A DNA stretch of 64,000 bases, taken from the NCBI RefSeq assembly GCF_006345805.1, contig NC_043022.1:25420001-25484000 (forward strand), written 5' to 3'. The translations under genes and the position numbers were made by a program. A model generated the notes under the pieces. That model ran no database searches and had not been told where the DNA came from. It saw nothing but the letters and a program-made list of their open reading frames with translations. Source of the stretch: Octopus sinensis (lineage: Eukaryota). Positions 1 to 13,146 of the stretch are shown here, piece after piece; the stretch's first letter is position 1, and the number at the start of each line of letters is the position of its first letter.

Positions 1-324
1 AAAGACAAAAAAGAAAATAATTGTAGAAATTCGTAAGAGAGAATTAGAAAAGTAATGGAGGTTAACAAAATTGAACCATACTGCATGAAATAAAGATAAA
101 TGGTAAGAGGGGGTAGCTGTGGGAGAGAGGGGGAGAATAATGAGCATGAATGAGAGAACAAGAGAGAGTGAGACAGAGAGAGAGAGAGAGGTGAAAGTAA
201 ATAGGGAGTGTAAGAGGGAAGATAAAATTATATATATAGATATATATAGATATATGTATAACAAATTAATAAATAAAACATATGCATATATACATACATA
301 TATGTACGTACCTACCTCTACATG

Positions 325-520
325 TATATATACATGCATATTGGGTACAGGACACCAAAAAACGTCGAACACAATGAGAAAACGAAACATAAACACAAAA
401 CCAAGGAAATGGACATTTTTCTTAAACAACGAAAACATAGAGTACAGGACATACAAAACAAGGAAAATTCCCCTTCTTCAGTCGCCTCTGTTTCATCTAC
501 TCCGCGTTTCGAAGGTCATA
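325..520 (-). mobile_element. (TA)n-flanked dispersed repeat, family P2 (possible PLE pseudo-LTR)
   Basis: Shares GAAAC..GAAACAG..ACTGAAGAAGGGGAA..TGTCCTGTACCCA with copies at 5370-5630 (+) and 11335-11480 (-); all flanked by TA microsatellite. Confidence 0.6.
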
Positions 521-537
521 TATATATATATATATAT

Positions 538-571
<34 letters not shown>

Positions 572-996
572 AGAAGAAGAAGAAGAAGAAACAAGGTGTG
601 CAGAAGGACAATGGGAGATAAAGTTGGAAAAGAGAAAAGGCGAGAGAAAGAGTAAAAGAAAGATGAGAGATTAGCAGGAGGAACGAGAGAAAGAGATAGA
701 GAGTAGGAGGGAGATCGGAAGAATGCGATAATGAGGGAGGGAAGGAAAGAAACACAGATAGACAGATGTTTCGGTTGCAGTTAAAGTGAGAGAACGGCTC
801 AAATTTAAACTGACTTCAAATCCAAAATTGTGGAGACACGAAAAGAGGCTCGAAGAAGCTTGAATTGAGAAGTAATTGACATTTGTATTCCAATGAAGTT
901 GCATGTACAAGATGCTGTTTCGCTGGAATCATACACAGGTCTTTAAGGTATTAAGTAGTTAAACACTTAATGTGTCATATTCTAAACAACAGTTCA

Positions 997-1009
997 CCAC
1001 TAGAGGGAG
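997..1009 (+). promoter_or_regulatory. CTCF-like motif
   Basis: CCACTAGAGGGAG resembles the bilaterian CTCF core CCRCNAGRKGGCR; motif match only. Confidence 0.3.
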
Positions 1010-1034
1010 GGTAGTGACTGTTTTATATTTTTGC

Positions 1035-1349
1035 ATCAATTAATAAAGGCATGGCGTGATCGTTACCAACATCGCCTTACTGGCATCTGTGCTGGTGGCA
1101 TGTGTAAAAATATTCGAGCGAGGTCGTCGCCAGTACCGCCTGACTGGCCCCCGTGCCGGTGGCACGTAAAAAGCACCCACTACACTCTCGGAGTGGTTGG
1201 CGTTAGGAAGAACATCCAGCTGTATAAACTCTGCCAAACCAAGATTGGAGCCTGGTGCAGCCATCTGGTTCGCCAGCTCTCAGTCAAAATCGTCCAACTC
1301 ATGCTAGCATGGAAAGCGGACGTTAAATGATGATGATGATGATGATGAT
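1035..1349 (+). mobile_element. SINE family D (Meta-domain-like), (ATG)n tail
   Basis: GTGCCGGTGGCACGTAAAAAGCACC..GGTTGGCGTTAGGAAG(A/G)(A/G)CATCCAGC..CATGGAAAGCGGACGTTAAA then (TGA)n; second copy at 28213-28690 (-). Confidence 0.75.
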
Positions 1350-1486
1350 CAATTTTTAAGGGCCTATTTAAAGTCAGAATGGGGGCAGAGTCTACGCGGC
1401 ACTCAACTGATTATACAGAACTACCTCGAATTACACATAACCATATTAAATGAAGAATTGCATATTTATGTGTGTGTGTTTATATA

Positions 1487-1803
1487 GGCGCAGCTCGCTT
1501 CCCAACAACATGGTTCCGAGTTCAGTCCCACTGCATGACACATTTGGCAAGTGTTTTCAACTGTAGCCTCGGGCCGACTAAAGCTTTGTAAGTGGATTTG
1601 GTAGAAAGAAACTAAAAGAAGCCCGTCGTACAGACTGAAAGAAACCCGATGCTAATGTGTTTATGTCCCAGTAATTTAGCGGTTCGGCAGAAAAAGAACA
1701 ATAGAATAAGTACTAGGCTTCTAAAGAAGAAGTCCTGGAATCGACTTCTTCGACAAAAAAACGCACCTTTAAGGCGGTGCTCCAGCATGGCCGCAGTCAA
1801 AAG
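1487..1803 (+). mobile_element. SINE family A, degenerate
   Basis: tRNA-like head, TTGGGCAAGTG-type CORE-like motif, 3' module GGTGCTCCAGCATGGCCGCAGTC. Confidence 0.75.
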
Positions 1804-2111
1804 AATGTATACACACACACAGAATGGAAATCACGAGATTCTTTATTAATCAGAACGATCGTTTCAACCCATCTTGCATGAATCCCTTTTATGGTGCATC
1901 CCTCGCTACAGATGTGTTTTGTCCGGTGACTTTTCAAAACTGTATCGTACCCAATAAAATCTTTTACTCATTCCATCTATTTTATTAATACTGTTACCCT
2001 AATTGCCACTACCAAGTTCCTGCAATAAATCTACGGATAACAACAGGTAATCGAAACTGTGCCGGTGCTTTACTCATCATCTATTTATAAATTTTGTAAA
2101 ATTTATCCATT

Positions 2112-2318
2112 ATATATATGACAGACGCCATGATAGATCATTAGCCACTACACACATTTTTTTCTCTCCTTGTTTTTTCTGTGTCCCTTTCTGGAGAAGA
2201 GCGTAGGCTCGAAACGTAAAAGACTTTTGCTATTCCTGAGCGTTATACTAATACATCTGTTTATTTTGTACACCACCTGCCTTCGTCTTTTGTTGTTTTT
2301 TTCGTAAACTCTCCCTAT
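2112..2318 (+). mobile_element. Solo PLE pseudo-LTR family P1 with HHR motif
   Basis: ~200 bp between TA tracts; homologous to 10993-11160 and 57440-57632; contains GAAGAGCGTAGGCTCGAAACGTAAAAG. Confidence 0.7.
2187..2222 (+). ncRNA. Minimal type-I hammerhead motif, A6G core variant
   Basis: CTTT-CTGGAGA-A-GAGC(GTAG)GCTC-GAAAC-GTA-AAAG; stem I CTTT/AAAG, stem II GAGC/GCTC, GUA site. Confidence 0.55.
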
Positions 2319-2343
2319 ATATATATATATTATTTACATTTTT

Positions 2344-2654
2344 TTTACTTGTTTCAGTAATTTGACTGCGCCATGCTGTAGCACTGCCATTAGTCAAACA
2401 AATCAACCTCAGGACTTATTATTTTTAAGCCTATTATTCTATCGGTCTCTTCTACCGACCCGCTAAATTAGGGGGAAGTAAAGACACCAGCATCGGTTGT
2501 TAAGCGATGGTGGGAGGTCACAGTGACACAAATACATTTATGTATACGACGAGCTTCTTTCAGTTTCCAAATCCAAACAGAAGGCTTTGGACTGAACCGG
2601 AAACATGTTGTTGGGAAGTAAACTTCCTACCACACAGTCACTCCTATACATACA

Positions 2655-2709
<55 letters not shown>

Positions 2710-3038
2710 TCTTTTACACGTTTCCGTCATTTGACTGCGGCAATGCCGGAGCACCGCCTTTAGTCGAGCAAATCGACCCCCAGGACTTATTATTCTATCG
2801 GTCTCTTCGGCCGAACCGCTAAGTTACAGGGACGTAAACACACCAGCGTCGGTTGTCAAACACACACACACATATACGACGGGCTTCTTTCAGTTTCCGT
2901 CCACCAAATCCACTCACAAGGCTTGGTCAGCCCGAGGCTATAGTAGAAGACACTTGCCCAAGGTGCCACGCAGTTGGACTGAACCCGGAACCATGTGGTT
3001 GATAAGCAAGCTACTTACCATACAGTCACTCCTGCGCC
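2344..3038 (-). mobile_element. Two adjacent SINE A copies (about 2344-2650 degenerate, 2707-3038)
   Basis: Both carry the 3' module; heads end in CACTCCT(GCGCC). Confidence 0.8.
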
Positions 3039-3078
<40 letters not shown>

Positions 3079-3339
3079 CATCCATCCATCATCCATACAT
3101 ACATACATACATACATACATACATACATAACATATATATGTATATATATGTATGTATGTATGTATGAGTATATATGTATGTATGTATGTATGCATGCATG
3201 AACTTTAAGCTAAAATATGTTTATCACACACCCACATACATCTTTTGCATGCTTCAATCATTGCACTGCGGCCCGCTGGAGCACCGCTTGAAAGGACTTT
3301 AGATGAATATATCGATCCCAGTACTAATTCTATGCATTG

Positions 3340-3372
<33 letters not shown>

Positions 3373-3602
3373 TGTATGTATTATATATACATACTATATT
3401 GTATATTATATTGATTTCATATATGCCAAAAACGATGAGCAGGTAGTGGATGGGGAGGTCGTCAATGGGACGCCTTTGAACAGAGCCCTGATCGATTAAC
3501 AACAAGAAGCTCTTAGTACTGCACTTTAATGTTTCGGCCATTCCACTGCTCCAATTCTTGTTTCAAAAAGTAAACAAGACTTTAAATTAATTTTATTAAT
3601 GC

Positions 3603-3640
<38 letters not shown>

Positions 3641-3916
3641 GTTATTATTATTATATATCAGGATTCTTCTGCTTGGAAGCCAGTTGCTGCTACTGCTGTT
3701 GTTGTTGTTGTTCTTGTTGATGTTGTTTAGATTCAAGTCAGCTTTGACCGAGCAGACTGAGTCAATAACTGGAGCAGACTTATTGATTCTGATTTTAGGC
3801 CTGAATCGAAGTCATTCTAACTGTGATCATCGCATCTTTCTCCAGTGTGGTGCAAGGATCACAGGACCGTATTATTCCATGTGTTATTTTCAGAGGTGAT
3901 AAAATATGCTTTTGTA

Positions 3917-4080
3917 GGCGTAGGAGTGGCTGCGTGGTAAGTAAATTGCTTACCAACCACATGGCTCCGGGTTCAGTCCCACTGCGTGGCACCTTGGGCA
4001 AGTGTCTTCTACTATAGCCTCGGGCCGACCAAGGCCTTGAGAGTGGATTTGGTAGACGGAAACTGAATGAAGCCGGTCAT
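3917..4080 (+). mobile_element. SINE A 5' half
   Basis: GGCGTAGGAGTGGCTGCGTGGTAAG..GGTTCAGTCCC..CCTTGGGCAAGTG..GACGGAAACTGAA. Confidence 0.85.
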
Positions 4081-4180
4081 ATATATGTATATATATACGT
4101 GTATATGTGTGTGTGTATACGTTTTTGTGTGCTTATATTTGGTCAACCAAAACCAGATGTACATGTGTGTGTGTGGTGTG

Positions 4181-4224
<44 letters not shown>

Positions 4225-4296
4225 CCTTTGTGTACGAGTAGGTTTGCACATATACAAGTATGTATGCATGGACGTATCTATGAAAGTATGCATATA

Positions 4297-4719
4297 TTCT
4301 TTTACGTGTTTCAGTCACTTTGACTGCGGCCATGCTGGAGCACCGCCTTTAGTCGAGCAAATCGACCCCAGGACTTACTCTTTGTAAGCCTAGTACTTAT
4401 TCTATTGGTCTCTTTTTGCCGAACCGCTAAGTTACGGGGAACGTACACACACCAGCATCGGATGTCAAGCGATGTTGATGGGGGGGGGCAAACACAGACA
4501 CACAAGCACGCACACACACACACACATATATATATATACATATATATACATATATACGACGGGTTTCTTTCAGTTTCCGTCTACCTAATTCACTTACAAG
4601 TCTTTGGTCGGCCCGAGGCTACAGTAGAAGACACCTGCCCAAGGTGCCACGCAATGGGACCGAACCCGGAACCATGTGGTTGGTAAGCAAGCTAATTACC
4701 ACACAGCCACTCCTGCGCC
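4297..4719 (-). mobile_element. SINE A full length
   Basis: Head, central (CA)/(TA) tract and 3' module all present. Confidence 0.85.
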
Positions 4720-5118
4720 TATTATGTTACTGGAACAGAAGAAAGCGCACTCAAGATGGGTACAGAGTATACATATTTATTTGATCAAACAGAAACAACT
4801 AGTTACACTGGACTTCATGAGACAAAATCTCTTCGTTGTGATATTTTAGCCGTTACGTTTGAGTATAATCATTGGATAATTTCAAACGGAATGCTGCATG
4901 AAATGCAGACGATAAGTTTCAGAACTACCGGCTGATATATATGCAGGTTTTGCGTCTGGTGAAAAGGATTTCTAATAATTTCTGGGTTTTGGAAGACACA
5001 AAGACTTATTTGCATACCAACTCCGACAATGAGCACTCTTTCTTCTGTTTATTATCACAAACCGCGCATGTGTTTGTATTTGTACAGTCTTTTATGAGTC
5101 TATATATATAAAATATAA

Positions 5119-5348
5119 GGCGGCGAGCTGGTAGAAACGTTAGCACGCCGGGCGAAATTCGTAGCCGTATTTCGTCTGTCGTTACGTTCCGAGTTCAAAT
5201 TCCGCGGAGGTCGACTTTGCCTTTCATCCTTTCGGGGTCGATAAATTAAGTACCAGTTACGCACTGGGGTCGATGTAATCGACTTAATCCGTTTGTCTGT
5301 CCTTGTTTGTCCCCTCTGTGTGTAGCCCCTAGTGGGCAGTAAAGAAAT
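5119..5348 (+). mobile_element. SINE family B, long tail
   Basis: GGCGGCGAGCTGG..GAGTTCAAATTCC (B-box)..GTCGACTTTGCCTTTCATCCTTTCGGGGTCGA..GTAAAGAAAT. Confidence 0.85.
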
Positions 5349-5369
5349 ATATAGATATAAAATATATTG

Positions 5370-5630
5370 CCTTTGAAACCTGGAGAAGTTGAAACAGAGA
5401 CAACTGAAGAAGGGGAAAATTCTTTATGGTGTATGTCTCGTTTCTCAGTTTTTTTTCGTTGTTTGAAAAAAAGTTCGTTTCTATGTTTTTGTTTTTATGA
5501 TTTCGTTTCACATTGTGTTCAAGGTTTTTTTTTTATGTCCTGTACCCATATGTGCATGTATATATACATATATATGTAGGTATGTACATATATGTATGTA
5601 TATATGCATATATTTATATATTATTTATAT
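5370..5630 (+). mobile_element. Family P2 repeat copy
   Basis: Homologous to 325-520 and 11335-11480. Confidence 0.6.
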
Positions 5631-5701
5631 TATTATTATATGATCGAACGCCACGCATCCTTTTCCATATAAAATATATATGTATATAAAATAAATAAAT
5701 A

Positions 5702-5739
<38 letters not shown>

Positions 5740-6910
5740 CTACAGGTGTTTCCCATTGCGTATGTCAAAAAGACCGAAGTCACGTGATATGGGAATTCCA
5801 GCACCCATGACTGACGAATTTCGTCTGCTACGATTTGTGTGTATACTTTTCTGCACCAAATTCCTAAATGTGAGGATATCTCACAGCTCATAACACAGTA
5901 TTTGGTGTTCTAACGAGTTATCCATGTTCAGCTGGATATAATGAGTACCGTTTGGTATTAATACTCCTTCCGTTGATAGTAATAAATATGACTACTCCTG
6001 ACTATCCCTGACACATAGGCTGAGTCTTGTGACGCTGTGTCACATGATTCTATCTCAGTACAAAGTTAAAGTATAATTGCTATTTATAATGGTGTTATAA
6101 GGATAGCGTTGCGGAGGGGAGGAAACTGCGTTGGTAGTGAGATCTTGCTGCTGATGATGATAACGAAGATGGCAGTATGATAGTCATGGCGAGGGCGAGG
6201 AAGTGAGGGAGTTCGTGATGTGATTACAATAGTAGTTGAAATGGTTGCTGGTGGTACATGTGGTGGTGACGATTGTGACGGTGATGCGGAGGGCACGGTG
6301 GTGCTGGTATCTTGGTTCTAACTGATGGTGGTGACGACGGTGGTGGTAGTGGTAGTAAAGTAGCAGTAGTGGTCACAGTGTATGACGGTTATAAATAATG
6401 ACATCAAGGAGATGATGGTGATGGCAATGATGGCCGCGTATTGGTTTTCTTGTTGACGATGGCGGTGGTGGTTACAGCTAGTTGTGGTGGTGCTTGTGCC
6501 ATATGAATGATGATGGCAGTAACGGCACGGATGATGATGATGATGATGATGATGACGGTTTTGACGGTGGTGGTGGTGGTGGTGGCTGCGGTCTGATGTT
6601 GAAGATGTTGGTGTTACGGTGATAGTGATGGTGATGGTTATGGCTGTTGTGTCATAGAGATAGTGACGGTATAGGTGGTAGTGGTGGTGGTGGCATTGGT
6701 GGTTGTTATTAATTAAAAAGAACAACACACCAGATTCGAACTGCTGTACAGGAAAGACTTCGTTGACCTCAGGTCACAGAAACTGTTCACATCAAACATA
6801 TTGGATGAAAAGATGAGAAAAGAAAACAAGAGTAAAAAGAAACCAAAAAAACTGTAAACAACATAAAATGAAAACAAACACATGAAGATAACAACCAATA
6901 AAACATCAGC

Positions 6911-6950
<40 letters not shown>

Positions 6951-7058
6951 CTTTTTTATTCATTTATTGATTAATATTTAATTTCTACAACAACAATAAT
7001 AAGGATACTATTGATATTGATGATTATTATTATTAATATCATCAATATTCATATAATA

Positions 7059-7103
<45 letters not shown>

Positions 7104-7228
7104 GAAGAAGAATTATAAATATGAGCATCAATATTAACATCAAAAATAAAAATATTAATAATTGCATTAATAATAATAATGATGATAATAATAATAATAA
7201 TAATAATGACGGAGATCCAAATAATAAC

Positions 7229-7260
<32 letters not shown>

Positions 7261-7429
7261 AACTAGGTGGGGATAAAGAACAAAAAAGAAAGGGTGACGG
7301 GTGGATGGCGCGAAAAATCAACAAAAATGAAAGCTGATTGACTTTAATACCGCAAAAGTAATTACAATTAGTAATTAAACATTCCAATGAAAAAAGGGAT
7401 GTTAACGCAAGCACGAGAATACGATATAT

Positions 7430-7461
<32 letters not shown>

Positions 7462-7755
7462 TATACATATACATATAGAGAGAGAAAGAGAGAGAGACAC
7501 ACAGAGAAAGAGACAGACAGACAGACAGACAGACAGAGAAGAGGGAGGGAGAGATTTGTTTGTACGAATGTGTGTATATATATATATATATCTATATATA
7601 TATATATATATATGCATATATATACAAATATATATATGTATACATATATATGCATATGTATGCACATACAGTATATATATGTATATATATGATATATATG
7701 TATTACATGTACATATATATGCATATGTATATATTTACATATATGCATATATATG

Positions 7756-7809
<54 letters not shown>

Positions 7810-7959
7810 TATATATATATATGCATATATATATAATAATATATATCCTATATATGCATATATATATACATATATATATATATATACACACACAGAAAAA
7901 AAGCATGGTAGAAGTGAAAGCAGAGTAAGAAGAGCAATCAATGCAACAACTATAGCAGC

Positions 7960-7981
7960 GTTCAGGGACAATAATAATAAT

Positions 7982-8022
<41 letters not shown>

Positions 8023-8945
8023 CAGCAACATCCATACCAACAACAAACACAACTACAGTTGCCTGAACAACAACAACAACAACAAAAGAACCAAAACCAG
8101 TAATCACAACAACAGCAACAACAACAACAACCATAACCACATCATCAACATGAAGCATAACGATAACCTCGTCGACGACAGCAACATGATCAGAAATACA
8201 TTGAGCACACAACGCCACAATAATAACAACAACAACGACAACAACAACCTTATCGATAAATATTACGACATCATCAATAACAAGAACATAACACAACGAT
8301 AATATGATTGTGAACATCAAGAATACAGAAACGACAACTGCTGCTGCTGCTGCTGCTGCTACATAGACCAACATCATCAACAATAATATCGATATCAACA
8401 TCATCGATAGCTACTACTACTACTACTACCACCACCACCAGCACCACCACTACTACTACTACCACTACCACTACTACTACCACCACCACCAGCACCACCA
8501 CTACTACTACTACCACTACCACTACTACTACCACCACCACCAGCACCACCACTACTACTACTACCACTACCACTACTACTACCACCACCACCAGCACCAC
8601 TACTACTACTACTACTACGTTAACAACACCAACAATGTCATCATCATCAACATCAATATCGTCATCATCATCATCATCATCACCAAGATCATCGACGTCA
8701 TCAACAATATCTACATCGTCATCGTCATCATCATCATTAACAACGTCAACTGCAACATCGTCACCATCAAATATCAACGACAAGGAGCAAACGTAATCCA
8801 CAACAACAACAACAACAACAGCACCAACTACAACAACCAACCAATTACTACTACTACTACTACAACCAACAACAACAACAGCTACTGCTACTACTACTAC
8901 TACTACTACTGCAATAACATCGGCTTTGCAATCAACAACAACAAT
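7960..8945. repeat. Trinucleotide mosaic (AAT/AAC/CTA/CCA/ATC) with a 51-bp higher-order repeat at about 8411-8620
   Basis: GCACC marker recurs at 8441, 8492, 8543, 8594. Confidence 0.85.
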
Positions 8946-9493
8946 CCGCCGCATTGATCCCAACTCAAAGGAACATCTGAATGAAGACTTTGGTTTATTC
9001 TAATTAGCATTAATTATCATCAAAGACATTATCTTCTCTTTCCCCCTCACCTCCCCCTTTCACTCTCCTCCTATCTCCCTTCCGACATCTTTCTCTCCAC
9101 CTCTCCTTTCTCTTACACACACTCTCTCCTTTCTCCCTCTATTTTTACCCTTTCCTCTTTTTCCACTTCTACCCTTGATTCCTTTCCAACTATGCCTTTC
9201 TGTTTCTTTCTACCCTTGCTCTGTCTCGCTGCCTTTCACCCTCGCCACCCATACACACATACACACGCACACACACACACACACACACACGTATCCCCAA
9301 CATTCACTCATGCGTACGCTTACATAAATACATACATACATACATAAATAAATACATACATACATGTGTAGAGGGGTTAGGTGTAATGATATGTATATAT
9401 AATGATAGAAATAAGTTAACCAGACCCGTTATCTCTATGGACAAAAACCGAAGTTAGTGCCGCCATCATAACATTGTGGGTGGGAAACAAACG

Positions 9494-9556
9494 AACCGGT
9501 TAATAATACTAAGAGAAGCCATGGAAATTTTCAAAACTATTTTGAAAGCCCTCAAT
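9494..9556 (+). pseudogene. Possible PLE GIY-YIG C-terminal remnant
   Basis: Reads NRLIILREAMEIFKTILKALN, resembling the R..REA.EI.K....LN end of Penelope/Poseidon ORFs; an HHR lies about 95 bp downstream. Confidence 0.45.
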
Positions 9557-9650
9557 TGGTTGGAATTGTAAGGAGAACCAGACCGCGTGTGTACCGTTGG
9601 CGATTTTTTTTTCCTCCGTCTTCCCTTCTTTGGATCTTTCCTTTTCCTAT

Positions 9651-9685
9651 GTTTCTGACGAAGAGCTCCGCTCGAAACGTTAAAC
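9651..9685 (+). ncRNA. Minimal type-I hammerhead ribozyme, canonical core
   Basis: GTTT-CTGACGA-A-GAGC(TCC)GCTC-GAAAC-GTT-AAAC; stem I GTTT/AAAC, stem II 4 bp, palindromic ACGT stem III, GUU site. Confidence 0.75.
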
Positions 9686-10289
9686 CCTCCTTCTTCACTA
9701 TGCGTCCAATAACACTATACTTGTTCCACGTCAAGTACGTTTTGTTCTTTTTAAAGGATTTCAGAATTTCTTTAAGTTAGTTTTGATTTGTACCCCATAA
9801 GGGATAATTTCCTTATGTTTATTATTATTATTATTATTATCTATATTACTATTATAATAATTCTTATAATTTTTGTTCATTGTCAATGTATTCTTCGGCG
9901 ATATATAATAATTATGCTTAATTCCATTCGAATTATTTTTGGTATTACCCTTACTATGATCATTTTTATTATTATTTTTGCTCATGCGTATATAATAATC
10001 TTCTTTATTTATATCCTTATATTGTTTACTATCATTTTTTGTTATTACTTCTACAGTTGGTTTCAGAGTTAAGATGATTTGTAACAATATTCTATATATA
10101 GGGTATGTATATATATATATATATATATAGTATATATATATATATATATATATAAGAGAGAGAGAGATGTATGTATGTATGTATATAGATATATAGATGT
10201 ATGTATATATATAGAGAGAGATAGATAGAGATAGATAGATAGATAGATGTATTTGTGTGTGTATATATATAGATGTATGTGTGTGTGTA

Positions 10290-10320
<31 letters not shown>

Positions 10321-10992
10321 AACTAGATTCTCCCATCATTAGTTGACGTATGAGGATCCTGCAGTTTCTTGCTGAACAATCAAACAGTCGATTTGATCAA
10401 ATGTTTGTGTTCATATAAGCTCCCTCCCTCCAACCAATTGACATTACCGATACAGTCGCATGTCAGATGATGAAACTATCGCAGAGCAATGAAGTGTTCT
10501 CCTCAGGAACACAGCACAGAGCCCGATCTGAGAATGGAAACCACGATCTCGCAATCATAGGTGCAATACCTTAACCCATTAAGCTATGCACCTTCATACA
10601 CAACACACACACTCTCTCTCTCTCTCTCTCTCTTTCGGTCATTCACTCATATACATGAACATAAAGCATAAATATCAAAGTAGAAATACCCAGTATTCTT
10701 CAAACGGAAACGATGTCTCCTGCGATTTTTCTTCTACATCAAGTCACAAACATTTCCTATCGCCGCTTTTAGAAATGTACTTATTCACTGATTTGATCCA
10801 AAGCAAGTCTGTAAACAGCGGTGCTTTTTTTTCACCAGTGGCTCGATATATTTCATAAACTAAACATATCAACGGTCTGATAAATGACAATATTGAAGAG
10901 GTGAGGCCGGGGGGGGAGATCTGCAGGATGAACAGCAATTGCTTGTCTCATCAGATGATATATATATATATATATAATATATATATATATAT

Positions 10993-11160
10993 CCGTTTTT
11001 CTTTATTGTTTCGGTTTATTTTTTTCCTCTTGATCGTTTCTGTCGAAGAGCGTAGGCTCGAAACGTGAAAGACTTTTCAATTTTTCTCGAGCGTTAAACT
11101 GAAACACCAGTTTCTTGTTCTTACACATGTTTTCGTCTTTTGTTTTCTGTAAGTATGGAC
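10993..11160 (+). mobile_element. Solo PLE pseudo-LTR family P1; degenerate HHR at 11036-11071
   Basis: GTTT-CTGTCGA-A-GAGC(GTAG)GCTC-GAAAC-GTG-AAAG (A6U core, non-cleavable GUG). Confidence 0.65.
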
Positions 11161-11206
11161 TATATATATCGGATGTTGTGTATCATATTCTCTCATCCGA
11201 TACACA

Positions 11207-11266
<60 letters not shown>

Positions 11267-11334
11267 ATTTAAATAATATAAATAATATATAAATATATGC
11301 ATATATACATACATATATCTACATACCAACATAT

Positions 11335-11480
11335 ATATGCATATATGGGTACAGGACATCAAAAAACGTTGAACACGATGAGAAATGAAAACAAAAAACA
11401 TAGAAACGAAACATACAACATAAAGAATATTCCCCTTCTTCAGTTGTCCCTGTTTCAACTACTCCACGTTACGAAGGCAA
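11335..11480 (-). mobile_element. Family P2 repeat copy
   Basis: Homologous to 325-520 and 5370-5630. Confidence 0.6.
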
Positions 11481-12164
11481 GGACTATATATATATTATAT
11501 AGCTTTAACAATATGAGGAGGTGAAGAACGTGATGGAAGAGGAGGACGATGAAGGGTCGTTGATAATGATGAGGATAGTGATGAGGATAGTGAACTGTCG
11601 CAACCATCACTACCACTACAATCGCCACTTGCATCGTGACTATCACTTCAATCAGTACAACCATCACCCCAACACTGCAACATCCACCAAGTCAACCACT
11701 ATCACAATTACTATAACTATAAAACTATAACCACAACGCTTTCTTTCCCCAGCGTTTCTGCAACCACTAACATCAGAACGACCACAACTACCATCAGAAC
11801 CAACTCAACCCCACCACAACCAAGATCAAAATCACAAACAGCAACACAACAGCCACTAACACCACAATCACCACCACTACCATAATCTCCAGCACAACGA
11901 CGCCACTACCACTTCTTCAAGTCATACTGCTACCACTACTACAACCAACGAGCCACTACTAATTAAACAACCACTGACCACTACAAAAATCACCATTAAT
12001 AGAAACCCTCTCTCTACCACCAATTCAAGTAATACAGCCACTACTACCACCACAACCATTACTGATACCACTACTACCACTGCTAAAAAATGCAACTAGT
12101 AACATGGTTGACACTTGGTCAATATTTATAGGGAAAAGGTGTTTGTCCAATACATCCATTCTGA

Positions 12165-13146
12165 TACTTGTACTTTATTTTATCGACTCCGAAAGGATGA
12201 AAGACAAAAACAACTCGGCGGAATTTGAACTCAGAACTTGAAGACGGACGAAATGCCGCTGAGTATTTTTCTCGGCGTGCTAGCGATTCTGCCAGCTCAC
12301 CGTCTAATAATAATAATCGATTCTACTAAAGGGTTAAAATTTTGGTAGAGGGAACAAGTCGACACCAGTGTTTCACTGGTCCGTAATTTATCGACCACGA
12401 AATGACGAAAGGCAAAGTCAGCCAGGATGGAATTTGAACCTAGAACGTAAAGACGGACGAAATTCTAGGGAGCATTTTGCCCGGTATGCTAACGATTCTG
12501 CCAACTATATATTAATAATATAATAATAATAAGCATTTCTACTAAAGGCACAATGCCTGAAATTTGGGGGGAATGGACTAGTCGATTACATCGACCCCAA
12601 TGTTTCACTGGTACTTAATTTATCGACCCCGAAAGGATGTAAAGCAAAGTCGACTCCGGCGGAATTTGAACTCAGAACTCCAAGACGGACGAAATTCTGC
12701 TAACGATTCGACCAGCTCACCGCCTTAATATTAATTATAATAATGGTTTCAAATTTTACCAAAAGGGCGGCTATTTGAGGCGGAGAGGGGGGGATAAATT
12801 GGTTACATCGACCCCAGTGTTCCACTGGTATTTAATTTATCGACCCCGAAAGAATGAAAGGCAAAGTTGACCTGTGCAGAATTTGAACTCAGAACGCAGC
12901 GACGGGCGAAATACCTATTTCTTTACTACCCAAAAGGGGCTAAATACAGAGGGGACAACCAAGGACAGACAAACGGATTAAGTCGATTGTATCTACCCCA
13001 GTGCGTAACTGGTACTTAATTTATCGACCCCGAAAGGATGAAAGGCAAAGTCGACCTCGGCGGAATTTGAACTCAGAACGTAACGGCAGACGAAATACGG
13101 CTACGTATTTCGCCCGGCGTGCTAACTTTTCTGCCAGCTCGCCGAC
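12165..13146 (-). mobile_element. Cluster of about 5 same-orientation SINE B copies, some separated by (AAT)n
   Basis: Recurrent CGACCCCGAAAGGATGAAAGGCAAAGTCGAC..GGAATTTGAACTCAGAAC. Confidence 0.85.

Noticed and set aside
5370-5430. Type-II hammerhead in family P2 (GAAAC..CTGAAGA)
   Set aside because: No valid NUH site or stem I in any of the three copies
7556-8963. Long ORFs of 229-248 aa (poly-N, poly-V, YI repeats)
   Set aside because: Translations of TA and triplet microsatellites; open on both strands for compositional reasons
10839-10900. Exon with strong splice sites (TTTTCACCAG / GAG|GTGAGG)
   Set aside because: Stops in all three frames; could only be non-coding or terminal
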